A stretch of DNA of 64,000 nucleotides from Eledone cirrhosa (lineage: Eukaryota): NCBI GenBank assembly GCA_964016885.1, contig OZ024742.1, positions 186,930,001 to 186,994,000 on the forward strand, given 5' to 3'. Position numbers and translations under genes: made by a program. Below the pieces are notes generated by a model. The model saw nothing but the letters and a program-made list of their open reading frames with translations, was not told where the DNA came from and ran no database searches. Below are positions 40,001-54,110 of this stretch, piece by piece (position 1 is the stretch's first letter; every line of letters begins with the position of its first letter).

Positions 40001-40895
40001 ATAAGTTAGCGGAAACCCCAGCTTACATAGGTAGATGTACCTCTTTTCTTTTCCTCTATGTTGTCTTCTTCCCCCTGTCTCATGCTATCACTTCCTTCCA
40101 CCTCCGATCTTCTTCCTCGTCTGCTTTTCCCCTTCCGCCTACCCCGATGCAGCCCATTGACCCTCTGTAGCCTCAGTACCCCCACCCCTGTAATTTAAAA
40201 ATAGGATTGGCCGATTACGCTTTACTAACTATTTATAGCAGATATGTTAGACCCCTGTAATTTTGTATCATTTTCGTTACTACTCCAATTCTACAATTTC
40301 AATATTTCTTATTTAGTATTTTCTATTCTCAACTTATTAACCTGTAATTGTAAGATAGCATTGGCGGAATACGCTTTACTAACAATTTATAGCAGCTGTT
40401 TTAGACCCCTGAAAAGTTTGCATTATATTTTTTCACTACCCACTTCTACAATTTCTTATTTAGAATTTTCCATTCTCAACTTATTTTCTATAGCTTTGGC
40501 CGTACAAGCAACACCTACTAATTATAGCAGCTGTCTCTAGACTCTACTGTTTTTTTTTGTTTTTTTTTATTCATTTCTCACTATGTAATTTTATATATTT
40601 TCTTTATATTTCTTTCTATTATTTTCTATTGTTTCCTACTCTCATTTGACTTACCTATTCTATACCCTCCCTTCTACATTTCTCTCCAGAACAATTTTTC
40701 GACTTTTCATACACTATCCTTAGAATCTGCTGTATAAATATCACTTTCAACGCTTGACCGGCTCCACTCACTCCCTCATTGTTATACAGGCAAGTTTAGC
40801 CACCCCTACCTCCCACCAATGCCATGACAGACTTATTTGTGTTTACAACAAATTTTGACCAATCCCCTTGACAACTACAATCTTCCCATATAAGG

Positions 40896-41002
40896 AAGTA
40901 CCCCTTGAAAAGTTCGGTTATTTATTTCCCAGGCTAAAAATTCTAATTTAGTTCAGAAATAGCCGTCGAAACGGCTTGAGCTCTGCCGTCGGGGTCATAC
41001 TT
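40896..41002 (+). ncRNA. Type I hammerhead with UUGAAAA (U3-A8) core; predicted cut after 40990
   Basis: ACCCC(40900-04)-TTGAAAA-G..C-GAAA(40968-71)-CGGC TTGAGCTCT GCC-GTC-GGGGT. Confidence 0.8.
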
Positions 41003-41351
41003 TTTCCTATATATATATATATATATATACAATAAAGTATGTCCATAGAATCATTTGATGAGATATATACACCATCTCCCAATCAGCATAATCAAGCACA
41101 CAAAAAAAACAATTAAACCAGGCTATAAGATTAAAAGGCACCTATGAAGAAATAATAGATAAATAAACGACAGCCATCTATTCGCGATCAAGAGCTACAG
41201 AATATTTACCCAGCATTTCAATAGCACGTGGAAATCGATTAAATATGTCGTAAACCATACACAATTAGGTATAAAATTAAAGTTAGAAGAAAAAATGTAC
41301 ATAAACATACCAAGATTACTGCTGTGTTCAATAACGTCAAATAACAACGCC

Positions 41352-41395
<44 letters not shown>

Positions 41396-42638
41396 GGCGT
41401 TGTTATTTGACGTTTTTGAAAACAGCAGTGGCCTTTGACCCGGCAATAAAAACTGGAGGCAAAATTCTTTCTGTACCCAAAACAAGACACACACACGTTT
41501 ATGTGTGTGTGTGCATGCGTGCGTGTGTGTGTGTGCGTGTGTGTGTATGTGTGTGTATCTATCTATGTATATATATAAGGGATACAGGTATTATTTGCTC
41601 ACTGTCACTAAGTTACAGTTTGAATTGTAGAATTGTCTAACCAATCAAAATATTACAACAGCTAACAGTGAAATATAGAATTAAAAAAAAAAAGTTTTTT
41701 TGACTGAGATAAAATCTTTGCGAACATTCACGTCTATTTTTCAAAAATATATAATTTGAAATAGTTTGCTTCTGTTTTGGACTGAAACCTTTTTGTATTT
41801 AATTCGTACGAGTATGTTTTAAAGATTTGTTTAAATATTCTAACAGAACTTGATTTGGCCCAGAAATCTACTGATATCAAAACCAGTAGTATATTGAAAA
41901 ATTGAAAAATAGGGCAGGGAGGCGTTTCGTGATTTCGAGGGTCAAAAGGGGGCGTTTGGCCGAAACGGTTTGAGAACCTTTGGTGTAGAAAATGGAGTCA
42001 ACCAGTTTTCGATTCATCATGAGATCAGTATAAGGTGAGATGATATCTATCTAGGACCAATCTGATATAAATTGGGTTGGAGTGTATTTACAAAGGTTGG
42101 CTTAAAAACCATTGATGATTACATAAATATAAAAAAGAAATATAAAAGCAAAATTAAGTAATGAGAAAAGGGGCGTAGAGTAAAGACGGGCAGATCTGGC
42201 TGTATGGAAACGTATAGGAAAGGATTATAAATGTCATAAATGAGAGGAAAAGGAGGTTAAAATCAAGTACTCATGGGCCACAGAAAAAAGGTGGGAGGAA
42301 GGAGTTAAGGTGATGTTCTCTGGGCTTGTCGCGGGGCGGTGTTTGGACTGCGCTCCGCAGACAACTCGTTATGGAGGTTACACATCGTCGGAGGATACTT
42401 TGTCAGGATATAAGCCATCCGTGACATTACAAATCTGGGAGTATAATAAAACCAACATACCAACATCCTTGTTATTAAATAAAAACAACAATGACTGTTG
42501 TCAAGAATATGATAAGAATCAATACGAAGCTGTGTCAGGTAAAGGGAGAACCGACAATGTATGAGCAGAAGTAAAGGAGAGCCAAGACAAAGATTTTTGA
42601 ACAGCACTAAATGCTGGTGGTTGATGGAGGATTTCAAG

Positions 42639-42966
42639 TAGAGGTTCTCAAACTTGTGGTGCCACCTGACCCTCACGGCCACGTAATACTCACCGATTCC
42701 TACGCCTATTTCCAGAGAGATCTGCCTACCCGGAAATTGTAAATCTTATATAAATATAATAGTTAATTTATATATAATAAATAACATATATACTATGTAT
42801 AAATAAATATTATTTATTTTTTATTTTACTATATTTATATATAATATGTATAATTTGATATTCAATATAACTATCACCCCCTGCATCGCCCCCTTAGGCC
42901 CTAGTGAACTCTGGAGCTACCTAACGGCCCCTGGTTGGCGATATCGGCCACTTTAAGAACATCTGA
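42639..42966. mobile_element. hAT-like MITE relic
   Basis: The ends TAGAGGTTCTCAAACT and ACTTTAAGAACATCTG are imperfect TIRs. Confidence 0.5.
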
Positions 42967-43411
42967 TTTAGAAGAAGCAATCGTGTCCCTGAATCTAATG
43001 AAACAATAATTGCACATTTATAACATGGACTGACGGGAGTAAAATAGAATAGCTGTGAAGTTAACAGGCCCTTTAAGAGAATATGACGTGGAGACATGAA
43101 CAGAAATGGTATGGCGGACGGTATCCGGTTGTAGCTGTTGTTGACAGTCTCCCTTACTTTAAATTTTCAGTCTACTTAGTACTAAAAAGTACGAAATAGA
43201 GCTCTGTCAGCTTTATCTCCCCTGTTTGCTGAAACTTTAAAGTAAGTGAGACTGTCACTACTCTAAAACAATAGCGTAAGGTCTTCGAAATGCTTTTAAT
43301 TAAGCATACAGTGTATTGCAAAATACACTATATATACATTCATATATATATCGCTATTTCAGAGCACCAATTCTAATATATATAAATATATATATATACA
43401 CATATACATAC

Positions 43412-43488
<77 letters not shown>

Positions 43489-43943
43489 CGTGTGTGTGTG
43501 CGTGTGTGTGCGTGTGTGTGTGTGTGTGCGTATGTGTGCGTGCATGTCCGCTCCTGTCCGTGAATATATAGATATATATTCTTTCTGAGTGATTCCTGTT
43601 GTCGAAAAGCAAATCATAACATCATGTCCTCCATCCTACCCCTACTCATATCCTCAACCACCCTACCATACTACCACGCTACCACCCCACCCTACCAATG
43701 AAACCTGAACCCACTTCTCTCCCCCAAAATGAAATAACAACAAAACAAAGGGAGAGAACCAACATCAATTAACATTATTTATGACTATTTTGTTTGCCAT
43801 TAAATATTCCATTTGAGATCTGCCATAAATCACAAAGATCGTAACATAATAAGAAAGACCAATAGAGAGGTTAGGTGTTGATAAGAAAGGCTGACACTTC
43901 TTCTTTACTCTAGGGCAAATACAAGATAAAGACAATAATGATG

Positions 43944-43980
<37 letters not shown>

Positions 43981-44474
43981 TAATAATGATGATGATGATG
44001 ATGGTGATTATAATTATAATGGTGATAAAGCTCTGTCTCTAAGTAATAAAAAACAATCTAGAATATCCCAATAAACATTGAAGTGATTATTAAAAGCAAG
44101 TAGAAATCTAGACAATATGGCCGCTGTTAAAACTAGACAATATGGCCGCTGTTAAATCGTCGGTCAGCTGAAAGAGATCTTAGTTAATTTGTGTTTTACT
44201 GTAATTATTATCTGTAGGTCTGTTATATTGTAGTATTTAGAATCAATTGTAAATAAACATTGGCTTGGCTTCATTCACTTTCTATGGAAGATAGAGGGAA
44301 ACAGAGGAATGGAGTGAAAGAGAGGGAGAAACAGAAAGAGTGAGTTTGAGAGAGAAAATGGGAGAGTGGGGGAGTGAGAGAGATAGGGAAACAGAAAAAG
44401 TGAGTAAGATAGGGAGAGAAACAGAGGGAGAAAGAGGAGTGAGTTAGAGAGGGAAAAGAGGGCACGAACGAGAT

Positions 44475-44519
<45 letters not shown>

Positions 44520-44691
44520 GAAAGAGAGAGTGACTGAGAGTAAGAGTGAGGAACATAAATGGGGAGGGGGTAGAGAAGGGTAAAGAGAAGAGGAAGGGTG
44601 AGGGATAAAGGAAATATATATAGAGAGGGACAGAGTAAGAGAATCACATTTATGCATCATTGTCTACTAATGGTGGTGGTACTACTACTAT

Positions 44692-44735
<44 letters not shown>

Positions 44736-46032
44736 TTACTACTACTACTACTACCACAACTAATACTACAAATACTACAAATACTACTACTACCACCACC
44801 ACCACCACCACCACCACCACTAGCACCACTACTACTATTACTACCGCCACCATCATCACCATCACTGCCACTACTATTACTAACACCACCACCACCAAAT
44901 TCCCAAGGGTCTATGGAATGGAATGAACCTACGTCGATTTCGATGATGAGTGATCCAGTTATTCGATCAACAGCTCGTTGAATTAGTGTTTAAGTGGTTG
45001 AGTATTCCATAGACATATGTACACTTGACATGCTCCTAAGCCGTATAACCATAGCAACACATGAAAAGACTAGAACTTCAAATTACAAGTACAATCTATC
45101 CGATAGACTTCCACATAGTTTCCGTCTACCCAATTTCATTCACAAGTCTTGAATAAACCAAAGGCGATGACAAAGAGTCTTTATTCAAGACGCTATGTTG
45201 TGGGATTGAACCGGTATCTTCATAGTTATGAAGTGGACTTGTTAACCACGCAGCCACGCCAGCGTCCATACATAGCATGTTGTACTAATATTCTGGAAGC
45301 AATTCAATCGTTTATACCCTGCCCTTTGCGTATTCGGAGAATATTTTTATATTTCGATTATCCTTTCTGTGAGTTCACGACTAACCAAATCAGAGAATCA
45401 ATTCTCGTTTCCCACGAGAAATTAATGCTTTAGTTTATTTCAAAATTGGAAATACATAAATGTCACAAATATTATTTCACCCATCCACAAGAATATGATG
45501 AATTATACCTACTTAAAAGAAAATCATTATTCCTATCTTTATAGAGTCGGTGGCAGCGGGGCAGATAATTAACAGCCATTAGAACGTCGGATAGAATACT
45601 GTGCGGTATTCGTTGCGTATCTCAGCGCCATGTGTTCTAATCCCGCCAAGGTCAGACAAATATTGGGTCAATTCTACCTCGATACTGATTTCACAGTTTC
45701 TCTCTCTTTCTTGCTCTATTTTTCTTTCTTTCTTTCTGTTATCTCCCTCTCATTTCTCCACCTCTCTCTCTAGATGTAATTAATCAGCTGTATTCTAGAA
45801 TTCATAAGAGGTTCTTTAAAAGTATAAAACTGAACCCTGGTTGCATCACATTATAAATTAAGGCTTTTTTCTCTCTAACAAGTTTCCACAGTGATCTGTT
45901 CAGTAATAAAGATACTACAGACGTTTAAGTTAACAAACTTGTCTTTAGATGTTTTCTAAATATTACAATATGTTAAGAGATAACTGCCAAAGAAAGTAGC
46001 GTGTATCGTGGTAGTGCTTCTACATCACCAGT

Positions 46033-46462
46033 TATTCTCGGGTCCCAAATAATAGGGGAGGTAGGGTGGAATTAGTGGGGAGAGGGGTGGAATAAGTGGG
46101 AAAAGGCGTGGAATAAACGTGGGAATTGGAAAATTAGTAATTTTTCTAGATTGTTTCCGTTGGTTTTTTTAAAACCAGAATTAATCGTTTAGTTTACATA
46201 TTGAGACCCCAACCCATCCTATTTATTTTATAACGTATGGGATTTCTAGTAATGTACTTTTTTGTCATGTATAATATTTTTTTAATGTATAAAGAAAATT
46301 AATTTACGCAGGAATGCTACCACTTAAAATAAAATTTCGCCGGAGATGACATAGCAAAATTTAACAAACGGGGTTGGGTAGAATAAGAGCGGTGGAGCTA
46401 GAAAAAATCTGAAAAATTAATAAGCGGGTGGGGTGAGGGCGATTATTGGAGACCCAAGAGTA
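46033..46462. mobile_element. MITE with ~20-bp TIRs and TA flanks (Tc1/mariner superfamily)
   Basis: TA-TTCTCGGGTCCCAAATAAT ... ATTATTGGAGACCCAAGAG-TA. Confidence 0.6.
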
Positions 46463-46733
46463 AAGGACCATGGATGACTAGATGGGTGGAATACCGTCAG
46501 GAATAATAGAAACGGTTTAGTGTCGGAGATACTTGTCTAATTCTGTTTGTAACGATTTATTACATTACTAGTTCAATATGTTCGAATAAAGTTCGAATTT
46601 GTCTTCTCTTCAGTATCTGATCGATAAAATATGAATTTGTTCATTATGCAGTATTAAATATTATATATACATGCACATAACTACAAACACACACACACAT
46701 ATATATACATACACACACACACACTTACATAAT

Positions 46734-46809
<76 letters not shown>

Positions 46810-46811
<2 letters not shown>

Positions 46812-46850
46812 TAGCTGGCCCTGTGCTGTCAAAAATGACGGCTAATTGTA
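46810..46850 (-). mobile_element. Helitron-type 3' end
   Basis: Minus-strand hairpin GCCGTC..GACAGC lies about 11 nt before CTAG-T, next to (TA)n. Confidence 0.45.
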
Positions 46851-47237
46851 GTATTTTATATATAAAAAAGGATATAAGCCAAGTTTTTAGTTTAATAATT
46901 CAATTATTACAAATTTTTTTGGATAAACTATCCGCAACAACAGATAACTAAGATAATATCTCGGTGTGCATATATATTTTTACATGTATTATTATATAAA
47001 TATAAATACGTAAACACTCACACAAGTATAAATATATTTACACAACGCAATAATAATAGAAAATATGTGTAGCCAATTCGCTATACATACACACACAAGT
47101 GAAAGAATCTTAGAACGCTAGACGTAGTTATCTATAGTTTATCACTCCCTTCCTTCCCCAGTCATCTCCCTTTCAATGTGTGACGGACAAATATGTAAAT
47201 AAATAGATATACATACATTCACTATTATTATAGTTGA

Positions 47238-47283
<46 letters not shown>

Positions 47284-47299
47284 CATACACACATACACG

Positions 47300-47347
<48 letters not shown>

Positions 47348-47392
47348 CACACATATACACACAGACACAGACACAGACACAGACACAGACAG

Positions 47393-47440
<48 letters not shown>

Positions 47441-47599
47441 TATATATACTCATGGTAAATATTGATGTAATTCCTTTCAAGCACTCAACGTGGTTTTTCC
47501 ACAATGGAATGACGGAGTATGTTTAGAATAATAAAATACAAAGTAGTTTCGGATGTTAAATTCCTTTACTAATAAGGCCGTGATACACACGGAAACGAG

Positions 47600-48700
47600 C
47601 GTTTGCTTCCAGGACAGCATTTTTGCCCGTTCCCTTGTCGCTTCAATTGGAATTACCTCGAGTCATTAAAGGATTGTGCCATGCTTTCATTCCTCACCCT
47701 GCTCACATCTATGTTTTTACATGGAACAATTTGTTGTGTCCGAATGGGCTTTTGAATTTTTATGTTTATATGAGAACGAATGAGTTTATAATCAGACCAT
47801 ACTTCTCCCATTGAAAAAGTGTGAGTTTGATTAACACCATGTCCGCTTGTCTGACGTGTAATTATATAATCAATTAAATGATAGTGACCAGATCTTGGAA
47901 GTTTCCAGCTAGTCTTCAAGTGATTTAACTGTTGGAAGACTGTATTTGTAATTAGATCACATTCTGTACAAAGTGATAGCAAAAGAAGACAATTTGAGTT
48001 AATATTTCCAATGCCATGCGTACCTAAGACATTTGGCCATGCCTGGTGGTCATTTCTTACTCTGGCAATAAAGTCCCCCATCAATTTATCATGCGAAGGG
48101 CCATAATCCCATTTTCATATGAAGGTTCATAATCCTGTCAATGACACATAGAAAGTCATTCAAGTTGTTTTACTAAATCACTTCTATTAGCAAATCTAAC
48201 ATCAAATTCCCTTTTTGCATCAGGCGATTTACCTATCCAATAGAAGGTATGGCCGTCTTCTACCTTTTCTAATTGGCCATTTTCTGCAAACCTTGTTTCT
48301 GAAAGAGCCGCTCTGCTGATGTTTGGCTGCGATAGGAGACGACCCTTGATAGCTTTTCTGCGTTCAGGATTACGTTTTGTATTCTGCAGTGTTCTCACGT
48401 TCAATGAGGCTACATTAATTTCATTTATTTTGTTTTAGGTACATGGGAGGAATCCCTAGTGACTTGCATATGATGATCAGGTTATGCAAGAGCAAAAGCT
48501 TTTGGTGATATTTTTTTATCCTCTTCCCCAAAGAGGAAAGCAGTGTCATCCTAAAAATCTTTGCTTTATTATGAAAAGAGAACACACATCTAACAATTGC
48601 TCGTATCTGTTGTCAAAGACGGCCATCTCCGGTTCCCCACCTATATACAAAGTTCATCCAAGAGACTTACTGCAGCATCCTCTGCCTGCCTCCATTGCAA
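47600..48700 (-). mobile_element. RTE LINE 5' part (APE endonuclease), decayed
   Basis: NVRTL, AALSETR, GHTFYW.G, MGDF.ARV, ITNTVF..KTSW.LPRSGHYHLIDYII and SD.KLI. Confidence 0.85.
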
Positions 48701-49699
48701 TTCCTTCAACACCATGATATTTAAGAGGCACACATTACAAAATATTTGCTGAAAAACCTGTACAAATTATTTGTTTACAGTTGTCTGCGTCGTGCAACAC
48801 ACACTCTCTCCATTATAACATACAGTCCAATATTGGTGTATAACATTCTACATATTAGATGATAATACTATCGCAGGCATTGGATTAAGAATTGTTCACC
48901 TCATACACAGCCTACACTATCTTGAGCAAAAAAGTTTTAAATGTTTAGAAACTTTAAAATATATAAAAGTTATTAAAAAAAAAAAAAAATTTCGCTCTAC
49001 ATGGCTGAATACAATAAATGTAATTTCGAATATTAATAATACAATTCGATTCGTTTGCAATTATGCAAACAAGCCTCATTTTTACGCCATGTCAGTAGAA
49101 TGAACCCTTCTCTCTTGCTCTTGTGTTGGCATGTAAACAGAACTGCAGACACTAATGTTTCTGGGTATCACCCGTCATCAGTACAGCTCACTGTTCACCT
49201 GCCAACTGTCAGAGCTAGTGAAAATATATATTTTCGAAAATATACAGTGACTGATCGGTCTGATTTACATAATAGCAGACTGGTCGATCAGTCAGATCTG
49301 CATATTAGCAGATCAACTGATCAGCAGACTGGCCAGTCAGTTTCCTGTATACGAGAGATCAATGGCCGGCTTTGCAACATTAAAATAATAATTAAAAAAA
49401 AATTTCGCTCTACATGGCTGAATACAATAAATGTAATCTGAGTTTTTCGAATATTAATAATTGTTTCTACGTTTGGCACAAGGCCAGCAATTATTCAGTG
49501 CATTACTGGTACTTTAATTTATCGACCCCGTAAGGATGAAAGGCAAAGTTAACCTCGGCAATATTCGATTCGTTTGCAATTTTGCAAACAAGCCTCATTT
49601 TTAACACCATGTCAGTAGAATGAAATTGGGCTGCTCAGCCGTTAATTTTCATAAGGAAAGTATATACTTTCGAACGTTCAACTATCTGGCAGATGGGTA

Positions 49700-49744
49700 A
49701 ACGGTGCTGATGATAGCTAACAAGCTTGAAACTAGTACATCGTT
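49700..49744 (+). ncRNA. Minimal type I hammerhead, intact
   Basis: AACGGTG-CTGATGA-TAGCT AACA AGCTT-GAAA-CTAG-TA-CATCGTT. Confidence 0.88.
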
Positions 49745-49906
49745 CCTGTGTCAGTGTTGAACAAAAAGGTGACGTGGTTGCCTTAACACCGTATGGCATA
49801 AATTCAGGCTGTTCGCTTTGTTGACAAACAAACGAACAAAGCGGCCGGCGTTATAATAAACGTCGGCTAAACTGATGCGTGCATATATGTATGTGTACCT
49901 GTATGC

Positions 49907-49971
<65 letters not shown>

Positions 49972-50111
49972 CATGCTACTGTACGTCTGTATACATATAT
50001 GTATGTACGTATACATACATACTTACATTTAAGTAAGTGCCATACTAAGAGTGAGAAATGAAATTTCGTTTTCATTTTTTTTCAACTATATATATATATA
50101 ATGAAACATAA

Positions 50112-50226
50112 TCTCTGATGATATGGGATCGATTGTGCATTGGATATCGAATGCTCTACTAAATATATAATATTATAGATGTAGCGAGATCTAGGCAAAT
50201 TGATGTCTATTGAAACGTACGTAAGA
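50112..50226 (+). ncRNA. Type I hammerhead with ~90-nt stem II
   Basis: TCT-CTGATGA-T ATGGG ATCGATT...AATTGAT GTCTAT T-GAAA-CGTACG-TA-AGA, followed by AATAAA. Confidence 0.65.
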
Positions 50227-51039
50227 ACCGAATAAATCTCTTTTACTGCATCTTTCTGTTCTTTTTAATTCTTTATACACGCCCCGGAATATAGCTAAAC
50301 TGGAATATACACCTTTTTTCTGCATTTCGTTGAGCACCACTCTGTTGTAAGCTGACATTCCACTACACGGTACATAACACTGTGTCCTGGAAAACATTAA
50401 TGCACTCGTGCATAACCAATTATATATATATATATATATATATTATTCAAAATATTAACAAACGAAGATATTCACATAATCAAAATATATGCTTTATTAC
50501 ATATATTTCGAAGGTATTGTTTGTTTTTTCAGTATGTCCTCGTTATATATATATATAACGAGAACATTTATATATTAGTAAAAAGGAAAAGAAAATGCTG
50601 ACACATTTTTCCCAGTGAAAAATAGTTTAATCTTTTGAAGTTCCAGTGACATATTTTCAAAAGATTAAACTATTTTTCACTGGGAAAAATTTGTCAGCAT
50701 TTTCTTTTCCTTTTTACTAATATATCACAACTATCAAGATTAAGTCGGTATTATACTGGTTAGACTGTTATTAAACAGAGTAGTCGATATTTGGGAGAGT
50801 AGAGTGTGATTATATAAAAAAAGAAAAGGGGCCCCACGGCTGAGCTATTGCTGTTTCAACAACTAGTTCAAGAACTCTCTATCTCTCTCTCTCACTATCT
50901 CTCTCTCACACACACACTCTCTCTCCCTCTCTCTCTTTCTCTCTCACAGACACACAGACTCTCTCTCTCACACCTCTCTCTCTATCACACAAACACACTC
51001 TCTCTTTCTATATATATATATATACAATTACGACTGTAC

Positions 51040-51757
51040 ATACATATATAACACACATGTATAACATACATGTATATCATACATTTATAACATACATTTA
51101 TAACATATATGTATAACATACATGTATAACACACATGTATAACATACATACATAACATACATATATAACATACATATATAACATACATGTATAACATACA
51201 TATATAACATACATATATAACATACATATATAACATACATATATAACATACATATATAACATACATACATATATAGCTTACATATATAACATACATGTAT
51301 AACATACATATATAACATACATGTATAACATACATATATAACATACATGTATAACATACATATATAACATACATATATAACATACATATATATAACATAC
51401 ATATATAACATACATATATAACATACATACATATATAGCTTACATATATAACATACATATATAACATACATGTATAACATACATGTATAACATACATGTA
51501 TAACATACATATATAACATACATATATAACATACATGTATAACATACATGTATAACATACATATATAACATACATATATAACATACATGTATAACATACA
51601 TATATAACATACATATATAACATACATATATAACATACATGTATAACATACATGTATAACATACATATATAACATACATATATAACATACATATATAACA
51701 TACATGTATAACATACATATATAACATACATATATAACATACATGTATAACATACAC
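51040..51757. repeat. 14-bp minisatellite (TATAACATACAT(A/G)T-type), ~50 copies
   Basis: Direct tandem periodicity. It explains the MLYMYVIYVCY ORFs. Confidence 0.95.
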
Positions 51758-52127
51758 ACATTTATAGTTATAGGTGTTATTGCCAACCTAAAAGAATACT
51801 GTCTGTAATTTTGAGAAACATTAAATTTATTTTAATTTTATATATTTACACACGAGATAATTCATGTAACGCGTGTATATTAGCTGTGGAAACGGCCGAA
51901 GCTCAGCCGTGGGGGTCCTGAATATATATATATATATATATATAATAAGTTGATTGATATATATACACACACATATATATATATATATATAGAAGTGGTT
52001 ACACAACAGTTAGTTCACCATACCGAGAACAATTGTTTCACCTTAGCGGAGCCTCAGCTTCTACCTAACTCGTCCCATGGACTGAGTGCTCTACCACTAC
52101 GGATATTACCTTCCAGTGTTCTACCAC

Positions 52128-52163
<36 letters not shown>

Positions 52164-52620
52164 TATTGAAGTTTGCTTGAAGCATTGTGGAATAATAGGT
52201 AAATATCTTTAAGTCGTTTGGAAGCCTCGACAATGCAAATAGGTAAATCTCCGGGTAACAAGATCCGGTGATGGAGAGAGAGATGTAAGAGGGTGTACGT
52301 TGAGATGCGTGGTGTGTATAAGACGTGTAGAGGAATGAAGGAAAGAGTATAAAGGATAAAATAACAACACGAGAAAGAGTTACCTTGGGAGAGATATAAT
52401 TGTCCCTATATATTTCGGATACACATCCATCAAGTGGGTTTTTTTTCGGGGTGGGGGAAAGGCTGTCTGTCGGAAAGGTGCGAAACGCGTCCTCCGCTGT
52501 TTGTTGTTTTGAATATCTAGGGTTCTTATATATTTGATATATATTTATCCTTATCGAGCCTCGTCAAATAAATGCGTTTGTTTATATTTTGTTACTGTGT
52601 ATGCAAAAATATCTGTATAC

Positions 52621-52696
<76 letters not shown>

Positions 52697-52768
52697 ATAA
52701 TAATAAATTTGAAGACTAAAATCCAGTTTCAGTTGTGTTAAATGAATTTATGTTATATTTTTATACAC

Positions 52769-52824
<56 letters not shown>

Positions 52825-54110
52825 CTAGAAAAATAGACATACCGCAGTAGGGTTTGTACCTACATAGGTGATCCCCTGTCTATTTGACTTTCGCCTGACC
52901 TAACTGAGGTCGTAGGTGAAAGGGATAGGATCAATCACTTTTTGACAGGACAAAGAAAACGCTTGTTGGTGCCTGTTTATGTCGTGGTTTTTGGTTCAAT
53001 CCGTAATTTCTTTATTCCTTACTGAAAGTACTTAATGAACCTGTGAACGTCCCTAGCAGTTAAGAATGAGAAATTGAATTGTTTCTGGCGCGATTGTACT
53101 CTCGTCATTGTTAACGAAAACTACATTGAAACACGCAAACACACACGTGTGTATTGACGGTAATACACACACTCACACACACATGCTAACGGCGACATAA
53201 CATTTACCGCTTATATAAACTTTTTATGCTATATAACATCGTACTGACTACATAGCCTTTTACCTGCTACATAGCTTTACCGGCTACATAATGAATACCG
53301 GCTACGCAATTGATCTTGTTGTTTAAGGAAGTCTGCGAATAGTGTTTTAAAAAATTATTTGTTGATTTTACGATTGAAAGAAAATAATTGTCGCAAATTA
53401 GAATTTTTATCAGTTAATGAAGTGTGTATGTGTGGTTAGAAATCCGGCACGTGGTTAAATTGACTTAAAGTTTAATTATTCATTTGAAGTAAGTGTGTGT
53501 TTGTATGTGTTTGCAAATAAATAAATCAGTTTGAAGACTCACATTTAGAATAAACGAAATTGTACGTTAATGTGGCTAATGTTTTTGTTGTTTAGTCTGT
53601 AGAGTGTATGAGTTGAAACAACGTTGCCTCGACCGCACTCTGTGATAATCGTGGCCTCAATCAGATTGGGAGATAAGGACTTAACGATCAAACGTGTGCC
53701 ATTGCATTGTTTCGGGGGAACCAAATTTCTAATGAGCATTATAGGGGTACCAACTTTAAGTTTGAGAATGTGTGGTGGTAGTCCGGGGGGCTCAAAGGAA
53801 TTGAGTACCTCTATTGGATAGTTGATGACATCCTCTGGGTCAGGAGTTGTTTAGTATCCCCATGAAAATTAACAGCCGAAAATGAAAATAATTATGTCGT
53901 TTAATTTTACGATTTAAAGAAAAGAATTGTCGCAAATTATTAGTTTATTTTTTAATGAAGTGTGTATTTGTGGTTATAAATCCCGCACGTTGTTTAATTG
54001 CTTTAAATTTTTTTTGATCAATTTATGTGAGTGTGTGTTTGTATGTGTTTGTAAGTAAATCATTAAGTTTGAAGCAACTAAAAGTTAGAACGATTGAAAA
54101 ACATTGTAAC
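52825..54110 (-). mobile_element. Non-autonomous Helitron with PIF1-helicase remnant (53620-53850)
   Basis: YPIEVLNSFEPPGLPPHILKLKVGTPIMLIRNL..CNGTRL.V. A CTAG terminus at 52825-28 has an imperfect hairpin. 53350-53540 is duplicated at 53890-54070. The 5' boundary is uncertain. Confidence 0.75.

Larger units (their letters stand above)
36895..41010 (+). mobile_element. Naiad-like PLE (frameshifted ORF ~38030-39972) with inverted 5' copy of its 3' end (36895-37960)
   Basis: FGF, FENDL, SDKTGNLY, FDIESYY, GLYRDDGL, WFNPP, CNC, IYQC..AYIGLT and CKLC. 36980-37780 is the reverse complement of 40210-41010. TA repeats flank. Confidence 0.92.

Noticed and set aside
42305-42682. Possible host exon (ORFs of 84 and 125 aa)
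   Set aside because: No recognisable domain or splice evidence, and the region overlaps a MITE end.
51880-51920. Additional U3-A8 family hammerheads (also 50826-50870, 22470-22530, 5258-5345)
   Set aside because: Only the 3' half is present, and three of the four have a non-cleavable GTG triplet. Counted as fragments.
53545-53850. Host PIF1 helicase gene exon
   Set aside because: A short isolated remnant inside an element with a Helitron-type CTAG end and an internal duplication.
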